Notes under the pieces: generated by a model
Told to the model about the DNA's origin: nothing
What the model saw: the letters and a program-made list of their open reading frames with translations, nothing else
Databases searched by the model: none
Source: Eledone cirrhosa
Lineage: Eukaryota
Assembly: GCA_964016885.1 (NCBI GenBank)
Contig: OZ024742.1
Coordinates: 266,042,001 to 266,106,000 of the forward strand
Direction of reading: 5' to 3'
Length of the DNA: 64,000 nucleotides
Position numbers and translations under genes: made by a program
Shown: positions 1 through 12,480 of the stretch, in pieces
Numbering within the stretch: the stretch's first letter is position 1
How the letters are laid out: each line of letters begins with the position of its first letter

Positions 1-560
1 GCTGGTGGTGTTGATGGTTGAGTCACTGGGGTGGGTAGGAGAGGTGGCCTCAACCTTTTAGCCTGAGGGCAGAAAGCCCTTAGGTGGGTTCCTTCACCAC
101 AAACGACACACCTAGGCCTTCTGCACTCGACAATTACGGTGAGGTGGCTGCCGTCAGTGAGGTCTATTACCTCTGGGATCTCCTCAATGCTTTTTTGGTC
201 CGCTTGGATCAGGAGCTCCATCCCAGATCCTGACCAGTTCTCCTGATTTTCTTTCGCTATTTCGATTATCTTGGTGTTGGCTTCGATGCCGGCGAGGATG
301 GCAGCTATTAGCCAGGGAATTTCGATGGCCGGTGGAACGTGGGTGACCCTGATCTTTACGCGTCTCTGGCCACAATAGCTTGGGACGAGTGTGAAGTCGT
401 CACTTCTTAATGGGGCCATGGAGTGTTCTCTAGCCTCCTGTGGTGTTTCAAAGAAGACGTCCACGGTTCCATACTTCTGCCTACGTCTGATGTGGGTTTT
501 TCTTGCCCACACATGTCCCAAAGCTTTTTGGATTTGGGACTCGGATGCCCGTTCCACTGG
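1..560 (-). mobile_element. L1/Tx1-type ORF1 (Gag-like) with CCHC zinc knuckle, running off the left edge
   Basis: Stop-free frame from 560 to 1: ...YGTVDVFFETPQEARE...RVKIRVTHVPP...RRPRCVVCGEGTHLRAFCP (CX2CX4HX4C at 110-69). Confidence 0.7.
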
Positions 561-1330
561 TTAAAAAGAGGTGACATTAAAAATGCTAGGGGGGATGCTA
601 TTGGCTGCACAAGAGCAAGCCCTCAGAAGGAAGTGGGTGAAACACCATATTGACAAGGAGAAGGCTAGCTCACTCTGTAGAATCTGTGGAGAGAGAGAGA
701 GGAGACTGTGGCTCCCATCGTATCCGAGTGTAAATACCTAGCCCAGACTCACTATAAAGGCTGGAGGTACGATATAATAGGAAAGGTGATTCACTGGCAT
801 CTATGCAAACTAAATAATTGACCACATTCTGAGAAGTGGTATCAGCATAAGCCATAGAAAACGATCAGGTGAAGGTGCTATGGGATTTCAGGATACAGAC
901 AGACAAGAAATTAGAACACAATAGGCCTGACCTGGTGTTTTTTGACAAGGGAAAAAGATCGTGCCTGATTGTAGATCTAGCCTGCCAATTTGACACAAGA
1001 GTGCAAGAAAAGGAGGAGAAAATTAAACGATACCAGGATTTCAGGTGGGAATTAAAAAGGATTTGGGACTGTCATGAGATCAAGGTCATCCCGATTGTCA
1101 TAGGAGCACTAGGTACTATCTCCAAGAGTTTTCAAGGATGGTTAAAGAACATTAGTCCAGCCCCCTTTTTTGTAACATTCAAAAGGCATGCTTGCTGGGA
1201 ACAGCAAGAGCCCTCCGATACGTCCTAAATATATGAGGCTGCAGGTAATGGCTTGATATTCATTTCAACAAACTTTCCTATTAAATTACATCAATGACTG
1301 TGACTACAAGAAAATAATAATAATTATAAT
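561..1330 (+). mobile_element. R4/Dong-type non-LTR retrotransposon, 3' fragment (restriction-like endonuclease)
   Basis: AAQEQAL, CRICG...SEC, KVLWDFRIQTD...RPDLV...IVD...KEEKIKRYQD, PIVIGALG; ends in a TAA-rich tail. Confidence 0.85.
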
Positions 1331-1569
1331 TTGGTGTGTTAACTGGCTTACCAATGTACACAGTGGGTGTATTTCCCCTGGGTGTCAGGAAGACACTCGG
1401 CAAATAACGGAAACAATACTGAAGGAAAAGGAAAAACAAAAATAACATTATAATAACAACAGTAATCAACTTATGTAGGATATTGAGTGCAGTATTTACA
1501 TCCAGGACCAACAAATAAATAAATAAATAAATAGGATCTACAGCAAAATCCTCACATACACACACACGA

Positions 1570-1601
<32 letters not shown>

Positions 1602-1602
1602 T

Positions 1603-1850
1603 CTAAGGCGGGTAAAATTCCCGAGATCCATGGACGAGTTTTCTCCAGCGGTCTCTGTCCCTCATTATCGCTGCCATGTCCTGCGTCTCCAACAGACCAG
1701 TGTCTGTCCTTAGGGCATCAACATACGTTAACCTTGGTCTTCCTCTTCTAGTGTGTCCATGTAGGGGCTCCCAAAGGAGCACTGAGTGCAATGTCAACTC
1801 TGGATGTCGGTGAGCATGTCCAGCTAACCCCAGTCTCCTCTGTGTCACTT
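1603..1850 (-). mobile_element. RTE-clade LINE 3' fragment
   Basis: RRLGLAGHAHRH...RRGRPRLTYVD...DRDRWRKLV; flanked by (TA)n. Confidence 0.8.
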
Positions 1851-1934
1851 TTGAAAATATATATATATATGTGTGTATATATGTGTGTATATATATATAT
1901 AAAATAAAATAATATATATATATAGGAGAAGAAG

Positions 1935-3513
1935 CAAGGCCATCTTAATAGCATTATAGGCCCCCGGGCAAAGCAGAGCTCTGGGACCCCTACGTACACA
2001 ACCACTCAGGAATAAAAATACAAATGATCAATATAATTAAAGATGTATTCATTGTATTGGTATTTCCAACGAAATCAGTGTTTATACATTAAAAACATGT
2101 GGTACATCAAAGATTAATTAACACAAACGTTTGAACAATATAACATGAGCCTTGAAAACACACAAAAATTGTCAGCACAAATGATATTCAATTCATAAAA
2201 CATATAGACGGAGATTGCGCAGTATCAAATTACGATGAACTATTTATTAATAATCAGGTGGTCAATGCAAAAATTTGCGAAATTTCTTTGAAGAGAATTG
2301 CTTTATAATTGGCTTGAAGTCAATGGTTTTCAGGATTTCATTTTCCATACACACGAGTGAACGCCAGTTCAAACGTTGCTGTCCCATTGTGCTGCGAAGC
2401 TGATTTTTTATAAGTCTCAGTCTTGAAAATGAACGTTCTCCTCCACAGTCTTGGAAATTGTTTTATACCGAACATAATATTTACGGTAAAAAATGCTTGC
2501 ATTTCCGCAGCATCTGTCGGTCGCCAAACAGATCAGGTTTTCCTTGATTTGAAATCTGTTGTTGGGCATATCGATTAATCTCTTCTGCCACAACATCGAA
2601 GAAAGTTTGTGGTAAAAACAAAAAGAAATAATCCAGTGCTTGAGCATCTGGAGCTAATGTGTGTTGTGGACCAGTAATTTGAATAAAATCGGGAACATAT
2701 ATTAGTGTGGTATTTTCAACCACGTTGCTGTAATATTTTCAATGGCGTCCTGGAGACCTCCTTCGTTTTCACTTTCAAAACAATCATCGTCGGACGAAAT
2801 TTCAGAAATATAAACATTCAGATTCATTTGAAGATAAATCACTAATATTATCGTTTGTTTCTTGTTTATTCTGAATGTCGTCGTGTGTAAAACTTTCAAA
2901 GTCGGTATCGCTACTTTCATAAGCCATGTTGATACAAAAAGAAAATTTGTTGCACTTTCAAAGTTAAAAAAAACACTTGTTGTTTTAACTTGTTTCACTA
3001 TATTAAGTGTTAATTTTCGCGATAAGGGCCTAATCTCGCAGCAGTCTCGAATTGACGAGGTTTTGATGATGGTTTGTTTTTTTTTTTAGAACTATTTTTT
3101 AGTGTGGGTGTTTTCGGGCGATTTCGGGCGGTTTAAACAAATGAAGGGGAAATAATTTCGGGCGATTTCGGGTGGTTTGAACACTAAAGGGTTAAGCCAA
3201 ATATTCGCTGAGGGTCGCCATTCAAATCTTACCAAACAAAAAACCGTAATGGTATCATGATGCTCAATTGCCACAGAAACTGAATGTTCTAATTAAATTT
3301 TTTTTATTATGTAGGGAATTTTTTTATTAAAAAAAATGTTGTTGTTGTAGCCGGTACTATGAAGTTATAATTAATATATTTATTATAACAAATATTTTAA
3401 AAAATGGCCGATGTACGGTTTGAAGAAGTGACCGGTTTTGTAAAGAAAAATTATATTAATTTTAACACCCTTTTGCCAGGACTTTTTAAAACAACCGCTT
3501 TAAGACGGCCCTG
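1935..3513 (-). mobile_element. Non-autonomous hAT DNA transposon
   Basis: TIRs caaggccatcttaa (1935-1948) and ttaagacggccctg (3500-3513), 12/14 match; 8-bp TSD agaagaag/agacgaag; hAT dimerisation domain GERSFSRLRLIKNQLRSTMGQQRLN...FSSKKFRK* at about 2450-2262. Confidence 0.88.
2450..3195 (-). mobile_element. piggyBac 5' half nested in the hAT element
   Basis: TTAA|CCCTT terminus at 3195-3187; subterminal atttcgggcg repeats; acidic N-terminus, then GP...LDYFFLFLP...EEINRYAQQ and WRPTDAAEMQAFF..NIMFG (PGBD4-like). Confidence 0.8.
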
Positions 3514-4139
3514 AGACGAAGCAAGTCGAGTAGAACGGACATAACTTCGGCCGTTTCCCTACACACTCGATCAACAAATAATTTCAAATTACACAGCTAC
3601 TCAATGTACACTTTCGTTAATCAGAGAGGAAGACGACTTCGTGAGGGTAAGATGGTATGGTATCCGGACAGCTAAAACAGTTTCCACGATCCCAATCTGC
3701 ATGTCATGCACCGAAAGGTGCAGTTATGTGCAGAAGGTTAGTTAATGATATTATACATTACGTAAACTAGGCGTTTGGGGTTGTTTCGTCAGCGAGCATT
3801 CGGCTCTCTGTTAAGGAAAGACAAGATGACGTGCTAGTCCTCTCAGCTGCTGTTTGTAAGTGAAGGTAGTAGAACTCCCTCTCGTAACGCGTGACGTCAC
3901 ATCAAAGAGGAGGTAAGCTAGGTCTGACCTAGTAAAGGGAATCACGCTGGCAAAAGATTTCACATTAAAAAATATATAAAATGGTCGTTTAGAAGCCTAT
4001 ATAATTCAGATGGGTTAATCTCCGGGTAACAAAATCAGGTAGCAAAAAAACGTAAAAATAGATGTAAAAAGGTGTAGAAAGAAAACCAGAGATTGAGTTA
4101 CCTTGGAAGAGATTTATTCATCCCTATATTTCGGATTTC

Positions 4140-4650
4140 ACATCCATCGGCGGATGGATGTGAATACTTATATCCGACTGGTAGCTGAGGGGATACGCAA
4201 CGTCAGGTTTGATGACTTTGGATGGCAACCGGCCACCTTACCCGTTAGAAACGGTGGCTTTGGTCTCCGGACTCCGATCACGCTGACTTCGCCAGCGTTT
4301 CTTCCCGTTCGGTGGTGGTTAACTCCTCATCTGTGCAGCTATATGCGACGACACTTTCTCCTGCAGCAACCTGGTGTAGTTTGCGACTAACTCAGGCTCT
4401 GCTGCACTTCGGGCGGAGGATGGTAAATTCTCCAAATATCGGTCACTGACCGACATGTTTGCGCTCGAGCCCGTAGCAGTTGAGATTTCTGGTGTCCTTG
4501 GCCCTAAGACCATCTCCCTACTCACCACCATCGGCACGGTTTTGGCTACCCGCAGGTATGAGTCTCGCGAAGTGGAATGGCTCTTCCAACACGTCTGCCT
4601 CGCCATCCACCGGGGAAATGCTTTCTCTATTCTGTCCACCGTGAGCTCCT
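4140..4650 (+). mobile_element. CRE-clade non-LTR retrotransposon, internally deleted
   Basis: QPATLPVRNGGFGLR, then GSAALRAEDGKFSKY...PVAVEISGVLGP...LFQHVCLAIHRGNAFSI. Confidence 0.75.
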
Positions 4651-4825
4651 GTTTGCTTATAATAGTGAGAGATGAGGAGAGCGAGAGAGGCGAAGGCAGT
4701 GAGTGAAAGAGAGAAAACATCAACGCACCTACGCACTTGATAAGACAACGATAGATGTTATATACAGTGTATATGTTTTGTAATTAGGAACATACTTGCA
4801 AGCACTTGATTACACATACACACGC

Positions 4826-4862
<37 letters not shown>

Positions 4863-4929
4863 AGCTTTCATACTTGTCCTCCTACCACTCATTAAAGGTT
4901 GAAATACGAAACAACTTTTGACTCAACCT

Positions 4930-5015
<86 letters not shown>

Positions 5016-5039
5016 TCATGGGGGACAGCTTCTCTTTTA

Positions 5040-5900
5040 GGCATGCACTAGACACTAGAAACATAACTATGTTGTAGATTTATCGTTTTATTTAAACTTT
5101 GTCCTGTTTTTGTGTCTCTGGTTGTCAATTTGGGAGATCAACGTTCCTAAACCCCTCAGCAGCGTTTCTATACATTCAGTTTCATCTTCAGGGTGTGAAG
5201 CGTTGTTGTTCTCTGAACTGCATCTTTAATATTAAGCCAAATGCGATTTGTGTAGGATTTACCACCAAAACTTTAACCATTAGATTTATACGTTACTGTT
5301 CACGTGTTGTTCTGTTTATAGCGTGTGTATGTTGTCTCTGTGTTTATTTTAGCATTGTATCTTGATATGAGTAATACTTCCAAAATTAATCATCTATTTT
5401 TGTGAAAATTCTATATAATGTGAATGTATTGTTTACTAGTATTTACTTATCTAGCTTTGTTTTGTGCTGTTTTTGTGTTATGTGCTGTAATTGTTCCTTG
5501 TTGTAAATGCATCGTGAGTCTACGAGGGAATGTTTTATTTATATAGCCGATATAACATTTGGAGGCATTAAGTTTACAACTTTCACCTTTACAATCGAAG
5601 TTAAAAAATCACATTGCTCATTGATAGCAGGTTCTCAGGTTTAAATGCTTATGGTTTGTTATTGATAAGAGTTTTGATTTTAGTAGTCTTGTAGTATACT
5701 ATTGCGTTGACTTATGGTTTGGTATGATGCATTTTTTATTCTATTTTATGTAGAGGTTTTATTGTTCTTCGGTTCTATACTTAGTATGCCTTAGTTTGTT
5801 TCATATGGCTCACTTTAAGTTATTTCTCTAGTTTTAATAGATGTAGTGTTTGGTGAATTCGTTGCATTGTAGTTCTGCATATATTTATTCATCTGCAGCT
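5040..5900 (-). mobile_element. Penelope-like element, decayed GIY-YIG region and tail
   Basis: SNVIF..C...C.....CYIGY...FPRRLTMHLQQG...LILEVLLISRYNAKIN; hammerhead-like remnant near 5150-5197. Confidence 0.75.
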
Positions 5901-6811
5901 TGGTGTACTAGTCTGTTATAATCTCCATTAATCCGTTGCTCAGTTTAACACTACCACTTGTCTATTAGATAACATTTGTTGACACCACTCTATTGCACGA
6001 ATTCTGGCTAGAACCTCGGTTGAATGATAACTTATGTGCCGTGATTTCATCCTTCTTTTCTCACACCAGTCTAAGAGGTTCTGCAAAACATTTATAGCCA
6101 TGGCCCTTCCCCCTCTAACTATTCAGTAAATAAAAGAAACTCACACAAACACCTAGTGTGGTATGTGATGAGCAGCAATGCAACAAGAGCACACAAACAT
6201 TTTGTAGAAATTTGCAAGATTGAAAACGTGGGTACTTTATTGTGTACAAAGAGTATAGTTATTTTACAGTCAACAACGTTGAGGTAGCATGGCAAGAAAG
6301 TTAAGAAATTCGCTTCACAATCATGAAGTTTCGGGTTCAGTCCCACTGTGGGACACTTGAGAAAAGTGTTGTTTTTTTTTGTCATAGTTATAAAATTGAC
6401 TCAACCGGACTCTCAAGTTATATTTGAAGATTAAGAGAAACTTATAACATCGCCTTTGATATATTGTCACAACACATTATAGGCTTAATTGACATATTTA
6501 ACCGAAAAAGGGTTTAATACTATCACAGGAATAACTTACATTCGAGAAACGATCTTCGTTGTAGCTGTTTACACAGATGATGTTACGTAATTTTCAAATG
6601 AAGTATCCGCCATAGAGTTTCGAGAAACTTTCTATTTCTTTCACATATTCAATTGTTTTCTGTTTCGTTTTTGGTTGAGTATATGTCCACTTTATCTATT
6701 TCATTAATTTCTTCTGTTTGATATATTGTCTCAAATAGATTCATAAATAAAGAGCGTCATACGAGTGTTTGAATATACGTAGTTTTCTTTTCCCTTTCTT
6801 TCCTTTTCATA

Positions 6812-7188
6812 TCTCCTTATAATATATAACCAGCAATTTCTCTGTTTGTCTGTATGTCTGTCCGACAGTGGAAACACGTGCGCGCGTGCGAATGTTTTTT
6901 GCGCACGCGTAGAGAGAGAGTGAAAGAAAGAGACAGACTACGAGAGGGGGATAGTGGGAGGGAGAGAGAGAGTGAATAGACGCTAAAACACGTGCGCGCG
7001 TGCGAATGTTTTTTGCGCACGCGTAGAGAGAGAGTGAGGGTGAAAGGAAGAGACAGACTACAAGAGGGGGATAGCGGGAGGGAGAGAGAGGAGAATTGCG
7101 GAGTGCTACAGAAACATATATACATTTCTGTGTGTGTAATATATATATATACTAGCAGAAAACCACCCTGTGGGTGGTTTTCTGCTAG
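6812..7188 (+). mobile_element. Non-autonomous Helitron 1
   Basis: A|TC 5' end, gtctgt microsatellite head, internal tandem duplication of about 115 bp, 3' hairpin ccaccc-tgt-gggtgg followed by CTAG|T. Confidence 0.7.
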
Positions 7189-7806
7189 TCTATATATCTA
7201 AAACAGAGAATGTCTGTCTGTCCGATCACTAAAACTCGAGAACCACCCAACCGATTGTTTTCAAACTTTACACATGTAATACTTATGGTTCTGTGAGTGT
7301 TTTGAGCAAAAGGAATTTCAAATTTTCAATGCCCTAGGGACGGTATTGGGCGATCTCTCTCTATAATTCTTAGTCTTTCTCTTTTTAGATAGGTACATAG
7401 ATATAACGTTGCGCCCTTATAATATGTCTGTATGCCTGGCTGTCTGCATTACGTCATTATGAGGCGGTGTGTATATATATATACACACTATATATTCGAA
7501 AAACGTTACACACTATATATAGTGTGTAACGTTTTTCGAAATATTTACTTCTGCGTTCACAGATTGATTTTTTTAGTTTCAGAAGATCCCGTTAAGGGTG
7601 AAAGCAGCGATTCTTTGCTTAAACTTTAATCTGTTATTTTAATATATATATATATATAATTATATATTCGTGTAGATATTTTTGCATACACAATAACAAA
7701 ATATAAACAAACGTATTTATTTCATGAGGCTAGATAAGGATAAATATATATCAAATATATAAGAACCCTAGAGCAAATCCCGAGCAACGCCGGGCCATTC
7801 TGCTCG
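7189..7806 (+). mobile_element. Non-autonomous Helitron 2, head-to-tail with Helitron 1
   Basis: TCtatatatctaaaa...gtctgtctgtcc head; 3' hairpin cccgagcaacgccggg followed by ctcg|t (mutated CTAG). Confidence 0.68.
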
Positions 7807-8899
7807 TATTATATATATTTAGCATAAAGAATGGTGTGCTCATGCACAAAGATTCTATAAATAGGGTGAAGACCCTTAAAGATGGAAAATAAGTTGCCAT
7901 CGGTCGCCACGAGTAATCGAACTCTATATTTCCCAGATATAGGGTTCGATTCCTCAATTTATTTTTATTTTTCAAATCACTGCTTTCGTTAGTGTTTGAG
8001 CATAAATGACTTTATGAATGGTTTTAGCCCTGTCATATGCATTATACCGTTATATTTTATTTGACCTTTGTGCATTACTTAAATTTGGTTTGAGAATTGG
8101 CAACTGAAACTTATTCACAAAATTCGAAGTTTCAGCTTTCAATATTTTTGACACAGCATCGCATTTGCGAAAACAGTCAGCTTCCCGACCAATAAGACGA
8201 AAACACTCGATAGGCTTCACGCTCACAAGAACACAGGGTAGACAGATGGTTGTGAATACTAAGTCGTTCTCTTATAAAGAATGTACCACTCAACATAGTT
8301 TAATGATTATTGGCATCAGGGTAGGAACTAGATGAAACCAGAGACACAAGAAATTCTGAAGAAAGATATAGAACTTGAAAAGGCCGTCAAGTTCAAAGAA
8401 ATATTAGTTGGCACATGGCTGAAGGGAGATGGAGACATTGCTGTTATTATACCTCCGTCAGTTCCAAGGATGCGTGTTACAATTATTTGAACCATGACAG
8501 AACATTACAGATACTTGTAGTATTAATGTAGTTCTCGAGTAGATTCAGAGTAGCACTATATGACAAAGCTGATACTTTGAATTACATGTACAACTCATTT
8601 TCTCTAGCAGAGTGAACTGGGGCTTCATGAAATAAAATGTCTTGCTCAAGAACACAACGCACCACTGGAAATTGAACTTATGACTTTACGATCGTTAGCT
8701 GAACATCGTAACCACTAAACCATATTCCTTCACAGGAAATGAGAATATAAAGTAGAAAACTCCTTGCTGGGGACTAAAGACCAAATCTCTGACTGGAGTG
8801 AGGTTCTCAGGTGACATGGTGGTCAAGCACTCTAGATAAACCATAAAAGCTCTAGACAGATCTAGAATGACGGTTAGAATAGAGGAAGCTGAAAGAAAT

Positions 8900-9650
8900 G
8901 CATAGTATTTAGGGAACAATTACACTTAGCAAAGAGAAAAGTCAAAGTTAAAGGTTTACACCTGTGGCGTGAAACTCAGAGGCATGAAGTTATTTTCAGA
9001 TTGTAAAGCTGTGTACTAAAGATAATCATAACATCGGTGGAGAGAAGTGTGTATGAAAAGATAATTACACACGACACTGGAACGAGTCATGGAAATCTAA
9101 CAAAAGGTTGTAGAATAAAGAGAATGCATATGAGAGAGAGGGCCTACCCTAAGTAAAAACAGCAGTTGACACAAGGAAATTTGAAAAACACGAATAAGAA
9201 TATGAAAGCAAGGCAAGGCAGCTAGTCCATCTGTGATAATCACTGATGCAAGTCACACACATAGTCAACCAGATAGTATACAAAGGTATCATATCTGATA
9301 TAGCGATATCATTAACTTCTACATGTTCACATAAGATGCTCTAAAAGGAAGCAATTATATAGGCATCAGGTTGATGACAGAATTTGCCTAGACATGATAT
9401 AGTTCAGGTTTTTGCCAGGCTGAGATGTCATCTTCCTTGTGAGCCATCCACAAGAGAAATATTTAAGAGTAAGCCACTCAACCTAGCTTTTGTCAACCTG
9501 GAGAAGGCTTTTCATAAAGTTTAACATTCTGTAGTTGGATGGTTGTTAATAAAACTAGGGATAGAATGGCTTGTAATAGCCATGCAAGACAGGTACAAGG
9601 TGCCATCAGCAAGATGAGCATTAACAAAAGGTTTGACAAGGAATTTAGTG
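8900..9650 (+). mobile_element. Highly decayed RTE LINE (RT region)
   Basis: Remnants of QFGF/DAIFLV/QEKY and LAFVNLEKAF motifs, similar to the RTE at 13575. Confidence 0.55.
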
Positions 9651-11480
9651 TGCACGCACGCACACGCACACACACAGGACCTCCAATTGTTCAAACAATG
9701 AAACTGTCTGCTCATGAAATTAATATGCAGTGACTGAACATTCCATAGGAATGTTCACTCAGAAAGATTCAGTGTGATAAGACTAGCACTTTGAATTACA
9801 GGTACAACTCATTTTTACCCACTGAGCAGACTGGAGCAACATGAAATAAAGGGCCTTGCTCAATGACACAACACCTTAACCATGAAACCACATACCTTCA
9901 GCAAGCTGGTGTATATCGGTGTCTGTGACAACCTGTTCAACCCATGCCAGTGTGAAAAAGCAGTAGTAAAAATGATGAACATGATGATGATAACTTCCAT
10001 CATTATTTTATATAAGAAACCTTTATTATGTTTCAAACACCAGTTTAATAATGAAAACATTATTTGACCAAACCTTTCAAAATTCCTGATTATTTTCAAA
10101 ATTAATTAAAACATAGAAACAGTGCATTTTATTAAAACAAAGGTAAAAAAAAGAAAAGTTAAGCCAAACACAAAGCCAATTGCTTTGTAAAGGTAATGGC
10201 TATAAATGTTTATTGAATCAATCCAAGTATATTACTGGTACATATTTTATCAATCCCAGAAGAATTAAAAGCAAAATCAATACCCCTTAGATGAGTTGAA
10301 CACAAAAAATGATGTTCTAAAAATCAGTCTCCCATGAGCAGTGCTGGAAGTTGAAGTCATAGTAGAGTCAATTGTAATACACCCCAGCTTTCCTCATATG
10401 CAAAACACACACACACACACACACACACATAGTGTGTTGGTATTTAACATGCCACCCCTAATTGCCTGGGCAGATAATGAAAGAGTGTAGGAGTCAAGAC
10501 CCAGCAAGGATTGATTTCAGTATGGAAGTAACAAAATGTTGATATACTGCAAAGACAATTTCTCTCCAACACCAATACTATCACACTCTCACTAACACCA
10601 TCATCACTGCCACCACCATTACCCTAGCAAATAAAAGCATGCTTAAAACAATGATGAATTATATGAACATTTGGAAATATTTAAAACTTTTTTGGTCCCT
10701 CCATAAACCCAAGCATCAACAAATCTTTCTCTCTCTCATATACATCATCAGAAAGAAGCTTTTATATATATATATACACAAAAGCTTCTTTATGATGATA
10801 TATGTATATAACTTATATATAAACTAACTTAGTGTTTCTGAAGAGAAGACAGTCGATCGAACAGGAATTTCAATCAACCCTCTGAAACGATTGTAAAATA
10901 ATGAACTAATTAACTACCTACCTCTGACTTTTTTTCATTGTTCTATGCACAAACACATACATATAAATGACTCAGTAACCTGGGCAGATCTTCTTCAAGA
11001 AAACCTTAAGTGGTGGTCACCTACTACAAAAACTACTGGTCACACCACCTAATCTCACTGCAACCATCTTTCCAAGGACACATTTAGTTCTAACAATGTT
11101 ATCAGCCCTACCACAACCATGTATGAATATATATATATATATATATCCATACATTGTGTTAAAGTATTTGGCCAAATGGCAAAGGTGTTAGGCTCACTAT
11201 TATAGGGTTGAGGGGTGTAGCCCTAGACCAGGTAGCACATTTTGATTTTGAGCAAGACACTTCATTCCACATTGCTCCAAGCCACACAGCTGAAAAAAAT
11301 GAGAACCAACAGCAGCCAGAAATTAACCTTGCGATGGATTAGCTTCATGCTGTACACTCTGTTGCTTAATATCACATGAAACTAGGATAAGCAACAAGAA
11401 TTTAATAATATATATCATAGCTGCAATGCTACATCAGTGAATCAAGAGCACTTAAGCTGAATAGGTATAGAGGCCTCAAG

Positions 11481-11521
<41 letters not shown>

Positions 11522-12480
11522 CACTGTACTACCCACACTATATATATCGACAGAGAGAGAGAGAGAGAGAAATAAAATGTACACAGCCCACCAGTGTACA
11601 GTAGTAGTGTTTGTGCCACAATAAAAAGCCTCCAGTCCACCTTGCAGTCAACTGGTAGTGCCGATGCCACAATAAAATGCACATGGTCATGTTAAGTGGT
11701 TGGAGTTAGGAAAAGCATCCAGCTATAGACACTATACCAGAATGGAACGTATGAGGGTGACGCAGTAATCTGACAAAATGTGACAACCCATGTATACAAA
11801 CATGGAAATAGATGTAAAACGGTGAAGATGATGATGATGATGAATCAGTACCTACAGTTGTTGGTATCACTGTCAAGATTCGTATAAAGTCTATACTATT
11901 TCTTTATATATTTATTTATTGATGCTGTTGTTGTGATTGTTTTTTCATCTATTCATACTCCATGTTTGTATAACTGGGTTTTCATGTATCTGTTTATTAC
12001 TTCACAGAAAGAAGACCTCTTGCATACTAGACAAATGACTGAGTTATGTGCTCTTGCTCAGAAGGTCTCAGCACAATGGTAGTAGCAGCAAGAGTTGAAC
12101 TCATGACTAAGCAATCAATATTTCAATTTTACAAGACCTTAATCACATAGTCATTGTGCTTAATGTATATTAGTCTGCACATGTACATACACACATATAT
12201 ACTGATGTGTTTGCAATAGTCTGTATGTAATATAGGTATGTATTTAGATTAGTTTGTATATTTCTTGTCATTTGTTTAATCTCTCATTAATGTCAAAGTG
12301 AATTATTGAATGCTGGTTACATTTGAGCTGAAAATGACCACTCTCCTTGCTGAATCATATGTATTATTACAGCAGGCAATGTACTTGATACATCCAGCAT
12401 GCATGATCTAATTGAGAAAGATAGATAGAAAGAGGAGGAGCTGGAGAAAAAGAAAAGAAGAGGAAAGGAGGGCAATTTAT

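Noticed and set aside
7912-7954. Hairpin containing a B-box-like gggttcgattcc
   Set aside because: No A box or cloverleaf and no ribozyme core; isolated inverted repeat.
10000-12480. TBC1D9 polyadenylation site
   Set aside because: Several AATAAA candidates occur on the minus strand in AT-rich DNA; none can be singled out without 3'-end data.
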